64,000 nucleotides of DNA, taken from NCBI RefSeq assembly GCF_009914755.1, contig NC_060928.1. One strand, written 5' to 3'. Source of the stretch: the human T2T-CHM13v2.0 reference genome, Homo sapiens. Of the stretch, positions 41,246 through 55,229 are shown one piece after another. A program made the translations under genes and the position numbers. The notes beneath the pieces are model-generated. The model did no database searches and had not been told where the DNA came from. It worked only from the letters and a program-made list of their open reading frames with translations. Every line of letters begins with the position of its first letter. Positions within the stretch are counted from its first letter, which is position 1.

Positions 41246-43419
41246 AGCCACATGCCAATGTGCTGAGAGTCACATTTTCCATCAGCAGCATTTTGCTATT
41301 TGGAAAGTCCTTAAGCAGTTGTGCCGGCTGCCTTGGAGTTACCTGCAATATGGCTCATGTGTTCCTCACAGACCGCCTGGGAAGCTTTGTTAGTCTCAGA
41401 GGCATTTATTAAATGTTTAAAACAAAGGCAAGTTACCTTTGTCTGTCAAATCTGTTTTTGAACATGGTCTTGAGTTACTCTGCGTTTCAGGATAGTGCAA
41501 TAATTCTGTGACGATAAATGAGAATTGGATTTGAAAACGAAGCACCAGTTGTTCCTACTACTGTCCTTTTCTGCAGAAGGAGATCTGTGTTGTGTAATTC
41601 AGCTTTCATATGTGCCTCTTCTGGCACCTGTTTTTGCATGAGGATATAGAGTACACAGAAATTTATTGTTTGCCTAGAAATTTCTTATGTTCACAAGTTG
41701 ATTGCTGCTCAATCTGTGGCTCAATGGATGACTATGAAGTGTAAAAATAGTTAAAAACATTTCTAAACATTTAGTTTCATTGTTTTGTTTCATTAGTTCA
41801 ATGTTCACAGCAATAAATGGTTCTTAAAACATCTCTGAAAAGTCCAGTGGAAAACAGAAAATATGAAGGAGGAAATGACCCTTTCTAGCAGAGGGTAGGT
41901 GCAGAAGCTCAAACCTCCCTTTCTTTTCCTGATTCCATTCGTCAGTGCTCTGCAGAAGTGGCCCCTAGAGAAAAGTTTCTCTACACATGTCTTGGTGATA
42001 GTGTGGAAGCTCAGCTAAGGTACACCCAATCTTCAAAGTCCTGAGTAAAATAATGAGAATCTCTTCACCACTTGGCTAAAAATTTATTCTCCAGGAAGAA
42101 TCTAAACATTGGGAAAACAAATTAATTAACAGCAGACAATGAAACATCCCCCAGGTTGGTACTTCGTTACTGAAATCAGTCCCCGAGCCATCCTGAAGAC
42201 TCTGGAAGGGATAAACAGGGGACTGGTTCAAATTTCTACCGTTTCTGGCATGATCTCCCACAAACCTATCAAGGAATTTCCCTTTAATCAAGTGTTCACA
42301 TAAAAGACAACAAATAAAAAATCTTAAAGAAAATTAGAAAGGGAAAAATTTACAAAGAATTATCAAGAATGTTTGGTGTATTATTGGTAAGATGCATTAC
42401 CTGTGTGGGAAGTAGGACTTACCAGAGAGAACCTATTGATCAGTTCTATTTATCCAATAGCTGTGACTGCTCAAAATGCTGAGGTACCACCCCAGCCACC
42501 TGCAACAAAGTCTGAGGCCAGAGGTGGCCAAATTGCCCAAGTGTGCAGTGATTTCAATGTACTAGGTACATTGCATTGTACCTGGGACAGTGGAATGTAG
42601 AGAAGACCTCTATTAGACATGCCCTCTATCTTTCCTAATTCAGCAGTGATTTTATGAATTAGATAATTGATTTTCCTCTGCAGATGTTTGCAAGTTTTAA
42701 GCAATTAGTCTCAATATTTGCATGAACCTTTATTTATCTTAGAGGAAGGTAATTTGGTGCTATCTGTCTTTGAAATTGTTTTCTAGTCCTTTTCCACTTG
42801 TTTCCCTAGGCACCGACTGAAGACAAAAGAAACTTCTCCAGTGGATGAAGTTGTCCGCTGGCATCCACAGCAATGATGTCCTTGCTTCCCAAAGTGTACA
42901 CATTGTTTGCTAGTGAGTGAGCTGACTGGGTTGTGCCATCTTTCCTGCCCCCACACATGAAGACACATTCCTTTTGCTCTCTAAATAACCTTGAAACAGG
43001 CTAAGCTTTCCAGAGCTCATTTATAGAAATCCTCGATTTATGCAAACACAGTATCATGCAAAAGAATTAAAAAGGAGAAACAGAATTTGAAATAGTAGTG
43101 CAAGGGAAGAGCTCAATGAGGACCACCCTGGAGATGGAGAAAAGATCCAAAGTCTGTTTCCAATTATGAGCTTCTAGGAGGAGAATGAGTTATATTTAAA
43201 GTAGTTCCAAACCAGGTGAGGATGGAGAGGTCATCTGTGTTGAAGAGGGGTGGGGCAGCATGGCTGGTGGCAAGTTGTGACCCTTGTTTATAACTAAAAT
43301 TAGATAAGTTTGCATACAAACAAAAAACAATGTGCCTTTGGATATAGTGTCTACAGTTGGGCAGACAGAATGGGGAAATAGAGAAAGGCTTCACTTAGGA
43401 TGGAGAGAGGGTCAGACCG

Positions 43420-43549
43420 GTGTTATTAAAACATTTGGAGTGGGAAATCCTGGCTTTGTGTCTGAGCTCTGCCAGGTTGTAGGTACTTTGGGTAATCCAT
43501 TTCAACTCTGTGGGTCACAGCTTAGTTATCTTTCAGTGGTGGTATTAGC
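43420..43549 (+). mobile_element. MIR fragment
   Basis: ttggagt...cctggctttgtgtctgagctctgcca...actttgggtaatccatttcaactctgtggg. Confidence 0.5.
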
Positions 43550-44806
43550 CAGTGATTCTCAAACTTTTTGATCTAAGGATGGCTTAACACTCTTAAAAAC
43601 TGTTGAGACTCCAAAGAGTTTTTGTTTCTGTGGAATCTATGTGTTGATAATTATATTAGAAATTAAAATGATGAATTTAAATAAAAATATGTATTAATTT
43701 ATTTATAATAACAGTAATAAGCACTTTTCATATTAACATAAGATATATTTAAGAAAATTAACTATATTTTCCAGAACAAAAAACAGTTTGGTGAAAATGA
43801 GAGACAGGACTAGCTGGATTTCCTAGGCCGACTAAGAATTCCTAAGCCTGGTTGGGGAAGGTGACCACACTCACCTTTAAACAGGGGCTTGTAACTCAGC
43901 TCACACCTGACCAATCAGGTAGTAAAGAGGGCTCACTAAAATACCAATTAGGCTAAAATCAGGAGGTAAAGAAATAGTCAAATCATCTATCATCTGAGAG
44001 CATGGGGTGAGGGATGATGATTGGGATATAAACCCCAGGCATTCAAGCCGGGAGTGGGCAAACCTCTTTGGGTTCCCTCCCATTGTATGGGATCTCTGTT
44101 TTCACTCTATTAAATCTTGCAACTGCACACTCTTCTGGTCCGTGAATGTTCCGGCTCGAGCTGAGCTTTTGCTCATCATCCACTGCTGTTCACCATCGTG
44201 GCAGACCCGCCATTGACTTCTACCCCTCCAGATCCGACAGGGTGTCCACTGCGTTTCTGATCCAGCAAGGCGCCCATTGCCCATTGCCCATTGCCGCTCC
44301 CGTTTGGGCTAGAGGCTCGCCATTGTTCCTGCATGGCTAAGTGCCCGGGTTCATCCTAATCGAGCTGAACACTAGTGGCTGGGTTCCACTGTTCTCTTCC
44401 GTGACCCACAGCTACTAATAGAGCTATAACACTCACTGCATGGCCCAAGGTTCCATTCCTTGGAATCTGTAAGGCCAAGAACCCCAGGTCAGAGAACAAA
44501 AGGCTTGCTGCCATGTTGGGAGTGGCCGCCACCATCTTGGGAGTGGCCCACCGCCATCTTGGGAGCTCTAAGAACAAAGACCCACCCAATAACAAAAAGA
44601 TTAATGTTGGTTTGCATTTTTGCAAATCTCTGTAATGCAGCTAGATTCTCATATCTGCTTCTGTAGATTGTGTGTTACAATATCACATATCATGTAGTCT
44701 CTGGAAAACTCCACTGTATAAGATAAAGAATGAATAAGTGAAACAATAACTAAGTATTATGAAAATCGTTTTGACCTTGCAGACTCCCAGAAAGGGTCTT
44801 GGGAAT
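43550..44806 (+). mobile_element. Charlie4a-like hAT fossil split by LTR17
   Basis: cagtgattctcaaactttttgatct...acactcttaaaaa; resumes after the LTR with catttttgcaaatctc...tctggaaaactccactgta...ttttgaccttgcagac. Confidence 0.75.
43798..44594 (+). mobile_element. LTR17 (HERV-W) solo LTR
   Basis: tgagagacaggactagctggatttcctagg...taaca; CCAAT 43911, TATAAA 44027, ATTAAA 44109; 4-bp TSD aaaa. Confidence 0.95.
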
Positions 44807-45184
44807 GGGAAAGCTTACATTTACATTCCCAAGGCATAATAATATCACTCTCTTCATTTTGTGCCTGTAAGATCCTCACAAAGTCTTTGGTCATTATGCA
44901 CCTATTCCTTTATCTGTGATCTTCAGACCCTTGGCAAAAGGGGAAATATATTAGAGTCCTAAACTTCCCCCTCTATCCTCCTTCATCCTTCAAATAATGC
45001 AGTGGAATCTTCCCAGGACACCTCAGGCAACTCTAGGCCCCAGTACCACCTGGTATCACCCTATCCATTTCTTATTCTGGAAGCTAGTCCCTCAGAACGG
45101 ACAGGCAGAAGAGGTAACTCTGACCTGACTTCAGCAATGCTCCTGAGCTGAGGGCATTATTTCATCACTTTACTCTGACCCTGA

Positions 45185-45394
45185 TGTAGTGGAGAAACAT
45201 GGGCTTTTGAATTGGACAGGATTGGACTGAATTCCAATTCTTGATTTATGTGACTTGGGCACGTTAATTAATATCTTTGACACCCATTTTTCTTGTTTGC
45301 AAGAGGTTAATATATATGGTTGCATAAGGATTAAATGTGGTACTATATGCAGTGCTTGTGAGACTCACGGAAGGACTTAAAAATGATAATCATT
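45185..45394 (+). mobile_element. MIR
   Basis: gtagtggagaaacatgggcttttgaatt...tgtgacttgggca...ggttgcataaggattaaatg. Confidence 0.65.
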
Positions 45395-45816
<422 letters not shown>

Positions 45817-46463
45817 TCATTTGTGCCTGTGTGAGAAGTTCCAGTAGATCAGTGGTACTTAATCATTTTTGCTTTTAGGAGCCCTTTATGTTCTTAACAA
45901 TTCTTAAAAACAAAAAGAACTCTTGTTAATGTGGGTTCAATCTACAATGTTTACCATAATAGAATTTTTCCTTTTTTGATTTTTAAATTAATATATGATT
46001 TAAATACAGTGAATTTTACCTTTCTAAGTTTTATAATTAAGTCTATGATCTATTTTCAAGTTAATATGGTAGAGTACAAAATATAAATAGAAGTTCATTT
46101 ACACAGAGACAGGGTATCAGAAATGTGCAGACAGCTCCCTCAAGTCTTCATCTGAGTATTAATGAGCATACATATAAAAGAATACAACACTGAGAAAGAA
46201 CTACCTGAAAGGAACACCCAGAACCATTCATGAGACTCACACCTGGCTGGCAGTAGTTTGTGTCCCCATGAGTCAAAGTGGAAAAATAATTCTGTAATAT
46301 GTAGGCACTGGGTACTCAGAAGTATATAGCTTCAGTACTAAGGAAAAATTAGCCCTAGACTAAAAGTTCCTTTGATCTCCCTTAAAAAAAAGATGAAAAG
46401 TACACCTCAAAAGGGTTAAGCTATTTACAAGAAACTTAACTGCATCTCAGAACAAAGCTTAAA

Positions 46464-46617
46464 AATATTTTAAGTTATATTAGTTATTTAAAAATATTAT
46501 GTTATATTAAGTTAATATAACTTAAAATATTATAAAATATTATAAAATTTATTATTTAATTTACTTATTAAAATAATATAAAATATTATACAATATTTAA
46601 GTTATATCATATATTAT
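46464..46617. repeat. AT-rich quasi-palindromic insert
   Basis: 46464-46482 is the exact reverse complement of 46513-46531; gttatattaa-g-ttaatataac hairpin at 46501-46521. Confidence 0.8.
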
Positions 46618-48421
46618 ATCCAGCACCCAACAAGATAAGATTCACAATGTTTATATCTAATCAAAAGTGACTAGGCATACAATGAAGCAGTATGATATAA
46701 TTCATACTGAAAATGACAGTATATTTTTCATCAAAAATAATCCAATAGCTGAAAAAATATATCTTTTAAAATGAAGACAAAATTAATGCTTTTGCAGACA
46801 TTCAAAAACTGAAAATATTCATTATTTATTAGCATACCTGATTTGCAGGAAATGATAAAGGCCATCAGGCAGAGAGAAAATAATACTGGAGGGAAATATG
46901 TATCTACATGCAGGAATGAAGGTCACTGGATATGGTTTTTTGCAACTGCTTTTGAGGACTAAGTCATAAATTCTTTGCCAAGTCCAATTTCTAGACACAT
47001 ACTTCCTAGGTTTTGTTCTAGGATTTTCATAGTCTGAGGTCTTACATTTAAGTGTTTAATCCCATCTTGAGTTAATTTCTGCATTTGTAGGGGTTCAGTT
47101 TCAGTCTTCTGCATATGGCTAGCCAGTTTTCCCAGAACTATTTATTGACCAGGGGATCCTTTTCCTGTTGTTTTTTTATGGGTTGATTTTGTCAAAGATC
47201 AGATGCCTGTAGGCACATGACTTTATTTTGGGATTCTCTAGACTGTTCCATTGCTCTGTCTATTTTTGTATCAGTGCCATGCTGTTCTGGTTACTGTAGC
47301 CTTACAGTGTGGTTTGAAATTTGATAATGTGAAGCCTCTGGCTCTGTTCTTTTTGTTTGGGATTACTTTGTCTATTCATGCTCTTTTTTGGTTCCATATG
47401 AATGAATTTTAGAATAGTTTTATTTTTAAGTCTGTGAAAAAATGATGTAGGTAATTGGATAGAAGTAGCATGGAAACTGTAGATTGCTCTGGGCAGTATG
47501 GTCATTTCAAGGATATTGATTCTTCCAATCTATGAGCATGGAATATTTTTCCATTTTTTTGGTGTCATCTATGATTTCTGTCAGCCGTGTTTTGTAGTTC
47601 TCCTTGTAAAGATCTTTCAACTCCTTGGTTAGCTATATAAGGTATTTTATTTTTTTGTGGCTATTGTAAATGGGATTATGTTCTTGATTTTGCTCACAGC
47701 CTGTATGTTATTGGTGTACAGAAAAACTGATTTTTTTATGTTGATTTTGTATCTTGAAATGTTACTAAAGTTGTTTATGAGGTCTAGGTGCCCTTTGGTG
47801 GAGGCTTCAGGGTTTTTAGGTAAATAATCATATCATCAACAAAGAGAGATAATTTGACTTCCTCTTTTCCTACTTAGATGGCTTTTATTTATTTCTCTTG
47901 CCTGATTGCTCTGGGTAGGACTTCCAGTACTATGTTGAATAGAAGTGGTGAGAGTGGACATTCTTTTTGTGTTCCAGTTGTTAGGGGAAATGCTTCCAGC
48001 TTTTTCCCAGTCAGTATGATGTTGACTGTGGGTTTGTCATCAATGACTCTTATTATTTTGAGGTATGTTCCCTCAATGCCTAATTTGTTGAGTTTTTTTT
48101 TTTTTTATCATGAAGGGCCGTTGAATTTTTATTGAATGCTTTTTGGCATCTATTGAGTTGATCATATCTTTTTTGTTTTTATTTGTGTTTATGTTGTGAA
48201 TCATATTTATTGAGTTGTGTATGTTGAGCTAACTTTGCATCCAGGAATGAAGCCTTCTTGATCATGGTGAAATAACTTTTTGATATGCTACTGGATTTGA
48301 TTTGCTCATATTTTGTGGAGGATTTTATTAGGATTATTGGGCTGCAGTTTTCTTTTTTTGGTGTCTCTTTCACTGATTTTGGTATTAGGATGATACTGGT
48401 TTCGTAGAATGGGTTAGGGAG

Positions 48422-48786
48422 TGATATGGTTTGGCTGTGTCCCCACCCAAATCGCATCTTGAATTGTAGCTCACATAATTTCCATGTGTTGTGGAAGGAA
48501 CCCAGTGGAAGATAATTGAATCATGGCGGTGGTTTCCCCCATACTGTTCTTTTGGTAGTGAATAAGTCTCATGAGATCTGATGGTTTCATAAGAGGAAAC
48601 CTCTTTTGCTTGGTTTGTCATTCTCTCTCATGACTGCTGCCATGTAAGACATGCCTTTTGCCTTCTGCCATGATTGTGAGGCCTCCCCAGCCACATGGAA
48701 CTGTGAGTCCATTAAACCTCTTTTTCTTTATAAATTACCCAGTCTCCGGTATGTCTTTATCAGCAGTGTAAAAATGGACTAATACA
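48422..48786 (+). mobile_element. THE1B-like solo LTR nested in L1
   Basis: tgatatggtttggctgtgtccccacccaaat...ggactaataca. Confidence 0.92.
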
Positions 48787-50053
48787 GAAAGGAATTCTTC
48801 CTCCTTGATGTTTTGGAATAGTTTCAGTAGACTTGGTACCGGCTTTTCACTGGTAGAATTTGCCTATTAATCCATCTAATCTAGAGCTTTTTTGTTTGGT
48901 AGGTTTTTTTATTACTGATTCAATTTCATAACCATTCTTAATCTGTCTAGGGTTTCAATTTTTTCCTATTCCGTCATGTGAGACTGTGTGTTTCCATGAT
49001 TATATTCATTTTCTCTAGATTTTCCAGTTTGCGCACATAGAAGTATTCATAATAGTCTCTGAGGATCTTTTGAATTTCTCTGGGATCATTTGTAATCTGT
49101 TCTTTGTCATTTCTGGTTGTACTCCTTTGGATCTTCTCGTTTTTTGTTTCTTTGTTAATCTAGCTAGTGGTCTATCAATCTTGTTTTTCCTTTCAAATAA
49201 CTAACTTTTTATTTGGTTGATACTTTGTATGATTTTTTGAGTCTTGATTTTGTTTTGTTTGACTCTGATTTTAGTTATTTCTTTTCTTCTGCTAGCTTTG
49301 GAATTATTCTTTCTTTTCTAGTTCCTTGCATATGATATTAGACTGTTAATGTGAGATCTTTCTATCTTCTTGATGTAGGTTTTTAACTTTATAGACTTTC
49401 CTCTTAACACTGCTTTAGATACATCCTAGAGGTTTTGGTATGTAGTGTCTCTATCTTCATTTATTTCAAAGAATTTTTAAATTTCTGCCTTATTTTTTGT
49501 GTATCCAAAAGTCATTCAGGAGCAAGTTGTTTAGTTTCCATGTAATTGTGTGGCTTTGAGAATTCTTTTATTGTTGGTTTCTATTTTAATTCCACTGTGG
49601 TTGGAGAATATGCTTGTTAAAATTTCAATTTTTTTGAATTTATTGAGACTTTTTTATGAATGAATATGTGGTTGATCTTAGAGTATGTTTCATGTGCAGA
49701 TAAGAATAATTTATATTCTGTGGTTGTTGGGTGGAATATTCTTTATATATTTATAAGGTCCTATTGGTTAAGTGTTCAATTTTTAAGTCCAGAATTTCTT
49801 TGTTAGTTTTATAACTTGATGATCTGTCTAATGCTGTCAGTGGGGTATTGAAGTTCCTCACTGTTGTTGTGTGACTAAGTCTCTTCCTAGGTTTAGAAGT
49901 AATTGTTTTATAAACCTGGGAGCTCCAATGTTGGGTGCATATATACTTAGGGTAAGTAAGTCTTCTTGTTGAATTGAACTATTTATCATTGTGTAATTCC
50001 CTTTTTTACCATTGTTGGTTTAAAGTATGTTTTATCTAATACAAGAATAGTGA

Positions 50054-50357
<304 letters not shown>

Positions 50358-52085
50358 GACTCTTGTTCTTTTTTTGTTTTTCATTTTCATGACAGATCTT
50401 TCTTAATCTCTTTACTTTGAGCTTTTGGGTGTCATTGCATGTGAGATGGGTCTCTCGAAGACAGCAGAAGGTTCTGTCTTGCTTTATTTCAATCCAGTTT
50501 GCCACTTTGTGTCTTAAGTGGTGTGTTTAGACTGTTTACATTCAAGATTAATATTTATATGTGTGGTTTTGTTCCTGTCATGGTGTTGTCACCATGTTGC
50601 TTTGTAGACTTGATTGTGTAGTTGCTTTATAAGGTCTGTGGGCTGTGGTAGCAGGTGTCCTTTTTTCATTTCTATGTTTAAAACTCCCTTAAGCATCTCT
50701 TGTAAGGCCTGTCTAGTGGTAATGAACTCTCTTAGCAATTGCTTATCTGGGAAATATTTAATTTCTCCTTTGCTTATGAAGCCTAATTTGGCAGGATATG
50801 AAATTCTTCGTTGAAATGTTGTTCTCTTTAATAATGCTAAAAATAGACCCTGATCTCTTCTGTCTTATAAGGTTTCTGCTGAGAAGTTTGCTGTTAAGCT
50901 GATGGGATTCCATTTGTAGGTAACATGACCCTTTTCTCTAGCTGCCTTTAAGATTTTTTTTCCCCCATTGACCTTGGAAAGCCTGATACCTATGTGCCTC
51001 AGGATGGTCATCTTGCGTAGTATCTTGCAGGAGTTCTCTGAACTTATTGAATCTGCATGTCAACCTCTCCGGTAATATTGGGGACACTTTTGTGGATTAT
51101 ATTCTCAAATATGTTCTGCAGGTTGTTTATTCTCTCTTCTTCTCTTTCAGGTATGCCATTGAGTTGTGGATTTGGTTCACTTTATATAATCCCGCTTTGT
51201 CCATATTAAAATTTATTAGGTTTTCTTTATTTTTGTCTGGCTTGATTGATTCGGAGGACTGATCCTTGAGCTCTGAAATTCTTTCCTCTGTTTGGTCTAG
51301 CCTACTGTTAAGGCTTCAAATTATATTTTGAAATTCCTCTAGTGAATTTTAAAATTCTAGACATTCAGTTTGGTTGTTTCTTAATATATCTATGCCATCT
51401 TTCAAATCTAGGATTGTGTTTCTGGTTTCACTGGATTGGATTTCCACTTTCTCTTAGATCTTGTTGAGTTTCCTCACTATCTAGGTTCTGAATTCTATAT
51501 CTGTCATTTCAGACATTTCAATCTCATTAGGATCCATTGCTAGGAAGCTAGTGTGATCCTTTGGATGTAATGAAATGCTCTAGCTTTTTGAATTGCCAGA
51601 TGAACTTATGGTTTTTAACAAATACATGACAGATAGATAGATGGATAAATAGACATTAGTTTGTATACATACATATATTTCTATACTCTAGGATCTGGAA
51701 ACAGTGGTATTCCCACAGCAATGAGGACACCCAGCACTCAGAGATCTTGATTTCTAAATACCATCTTCAGTAAAAGGAACTAGGCTTCTTGGGAGAACTG
51801 GTTGATCCAGGGCTGGAGCAGGAAAAGTACAAAATGAGGCTGAAACATTTTGTGGTATCAGATAATAAGAAAGTCTCAGAGGAACAAATGAGCCAATAAG
51901 AAAAACTTCCAATGGCCAAAGATGGAACAATTGGAGCAATAATGTAATTTATGATAATATATGCAATCTAAAGAATAAGATAAATGTCCATGACTCCACA
52001 TTGATATGTTAATGATTGAATAAATAAATAAGTGAGTGATAAAGAACAACATTTACAGAGTTATTTAAACTACATATTTACATGG

Positions 52086-52435
52086 TGTATTAGTCCATTT
52101 TCATACTGCTATGAAGAAATACCCTAGACTGGTTAATTTATAGGCAAAAAGAGGTTTAATAGACTCACAATTCCACATGGCTGGGGAGGCCTCACAGTTA
52201 TGGCAGAGGTAAACAACATCTTACATGACAGCAGGCAAGAGAGCGTGTGCAGGGGAACTGCCCTGTATAAAACCATCAGATCTCATGAGACGTATTCGCT
52301 ATCAGGAGAACAGCCTGGGAAAAACCACCCCCATGATTAAATTACCTCCCACAGGGTCCTTTCCACAATATGTGGGGATTAGGAGAGCTACAATTTAAGA
52401 TGAGATTTGGGTGGGGACACAGCCAAACCACATCA
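52086..52435 (-). mobile_element. THE1C-like solo LTR nested in the L1MC 3' end
   Basis: tgtattagtccattttc...gggtggggacacagccaaaccacatca. Confidence 0.9.
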
Positions 52436-53576
52436 AATGAAATGAGGGAAATAGGAAATCACCATTAGAACACCATAATAATACAATCCACCAATAAATG
52501 CTAAAATTAGTGGGCAAAAGTTTAAGGATAAATAAGGTTTTGCATAGACCAAATTTTTATTGATTACAAAGTGAAAAGTTGTGATTTACTATGGAGAAAC
52601 CTGGTAGACACAGCCTTAACCAAATAATTAAATTTATTATCACCAGTGTCAAGACATATTGATATCATATATTCCCGGAGAAATACACATCACCACCTCT
52701 GTGGCATTCCCTTCGCATATCCGTAACTTTAATCTAATCATGAGAAAATATCAGACAAACCCAAGTTGAGGGCCATTCTACAAAATCTCTTACCAGTACT
52801 GTTTTAAAATGTCAAGGTCATGCAGGACAAGTACAACTGACTATCAGATCAGACAATACTAAAGAGATATGACTACTAAATGCAATGTAGTACCCTGAAC
52901 TAAATCCTGGATCAGAGTAAATATGTTAATGTAAAATCTTTTGAAATCCAAATAAATTCTGTAGTTTAGTTAGTAGTATTATATCAATGTTGATTCCTTA
53001 GTTTTGGTAGCTGCATTATGATTATATGAAATGTTGACAGAGGAAACTGGGTGAAGGGTATACTGGAACTGTTTGTGCTATCTTTGTAACTCTTCCGTAA
53101 GCTTAAAATGGTGTCCAAAACTAAAAGCTTTTAAAATAGTTCAGGAAATAACCTAGTGAGAAAAGTGGCATTGTTTTACATTTTTGAAAATCAATTTAAT
53201 GAATGTCTTTAATGGGAATCAGATGGATTCTGAATTTTACATTCAATCTGTTACAATATTATGTGTCATATAGCCTCTGGAAACCCAACTATATATTTGT
53301 AAGAAAATGGGAGTGAAAAAGGCAATGGTGTCATCATAAAAGTAGTTTTGACTTTGTGGATTCCTGGAAAGGGTTTATGGGTGCCTTGGCCCTCTAACAC
53401 ATTTGAGAACCAGTGAATTAGAGTAACACTCTTGAGTTCTCTTTACCATTTAGGGTGATTGCTGAGTTCTGGAGACAGACTGGGCTTCTGCTTTCTTTTG
53501 GTGGAGGTGTCTGCTTGCAGAAAATTTATGTTCTGGGGTGAGTATTTAATTTTGAATAACGTTATCAAGCTCATTT

Positions 53577-53793
53577 TTGGCTACATCTAACTGTATTGAA
53601 AAAATAGCTTTGTTACTATTAAATCAGACCTATTGATCTCTATCTACAAGAGTCCTGCTGTATATCTTGGTTAATTCAGAGCTTGGCTACATCTAACTGT
53701 ATTGAACAAATAGCTTTGTTACTATTAAATCAGATCTATTGATCTCTATCCACAAGAGTCCTGCTGTATGTCTTGGTTAATTCAGAGCTTGGC
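53577..53793. repeat. 106-bp tandem duplication
   Basis: 53577-53682 vs 53683-53788, 4 mismatches; ttggc microhomology at all three junctions. Confidence 0.93.
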
Positions 53794-54883
53794 CTGGAAT
53801 CAGAGGTGTTGTTTTCCTCCTATATCCATGATATGAGCTTGTGTGATTCACAATGGAAGGATAAAGGAGGACAACACGGCAATAAATAGGGAGTGATGGG
53901 AAAAATCGTCCAGAGTAAAGTATCAGGTTCACCAGGGTAATCCATGGATCCTTTCTCTGAGTTCATTCCAGCCCAGAGAAGGATTCCTTCTTTGTGTGAT
54001 ACCTGCAATACTAAATTTACTTAGGTTCAAAAGCATTAATAATAAAGTAAATGACTATCATATGTGTCTGGTTATAAATCTTTTCTTCCTCCCATGATGA
54101 AAGCTTGGCTACTCATTTTTACTCTGAAGTTCATAGTCATCTTCCTCTTGAACTAAATTCTGGGGAAAGATTGATAAGCCATTTCAATATGGCATCCTAT
54201 GACAAATAAAGCTTTGGAAACTCAGACATTTAGCCCCTTCCAAACTCAGAAGACAGCTGCTACCCACACGGTCACTCAATAATCACAACATGTTCCCAAA
54301 TCTTGCTTTGTGGCTGAATTTTTAAAGTACCTCTAGAGTTATGATTGGACAATCTGTTTCTGTTTTACTATAATTACTATTTAATTTGTACTCTACTAAT
54401 CCAGAATTTTGCATAAACATCCCTCCTATGATTCCTGCTTAATAGAATATTGAAAATCATTTCCTCATTGAAAATGTTTTGAGCTATTAAGAATAAAATA
54501 CTCTGTTTTCAGAGCAGTTTTTACATTTTCCAAACTAAGGGAGCTGAAACAGTAAAGATTCTTTTAGCTTGCCTTTCGTTTTCAGGACTAGCAGGTTCCT
54601 GTAATATAAAGGTCTTTGGGGTTTTTAGTGCAAGCCTATTGAGAACTGTAATTTATTTCACCTCATTTCACTTATAAATAATACTATTTTACATGTTCCA
54701 TGTAAAAGAAAAAAATAATATTTCCTTAAAAATTATTCTATACATTCCTATAATTTAGCCTTGTGTGTGATGATGACCTTTTTCTATAAAAGAAAAATGT
54801 ATGTAAATGCTGGTATAAGTTAATTATAAATAATGTTGTTGACATGTACAACCTAAGGCACACTTAGAAAATATATTCATATA

Positions 54884-55162
54884 GCTGGGCGCAGTGGCTC
54901 ACGCCTATAATCCCAGCACTTTGGGAGGCCGAGACAGGTGAATCACAAGGTCAGGGGTTCCAGACCCGCCTGGCCAACATGGTGAAACCCCTTCTCTACT
55001 AAAAATACAAAAAATTAGCTGGGCGTGGTAGTGGGTGCCTGTAATCCCAGCTACTCAGGAGGCTGAGGCAGGAGAATGGCGTGAATCCAGGAGGTGGAGG
55101 TTGCAGTGAGCTGAGATTGTGCCCCTGCACTCCAGCCCAGACGACAGTGCAAGACTCCATCT

Positions 55163-55215
<53 letters not shown>

Positions 55216-55229
55216 AAGAAAGAAAGAAA
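54884..55229 (+). mobile_element. Alu (AluS, Sx3/Sg-like) with 50-nt pure A tail
   Basis: Full dimer; 18-bp TSD agaaaatatattcatata at 54866-54883 and 55230-55247. Confidence 0.94.

Noticed and set aside
42660-42910. Strong-looking splice acceptors (ttttcctctgcag, cttgtttccctag)
   Set aside because: No convincing paired donor or coding frame; such motifs are common by chance.
43798-44594. HERV-W provirus or syncytin-like env
   Set aside because: Solo LTR with TSD on both sides; no PBS or internal sequence.
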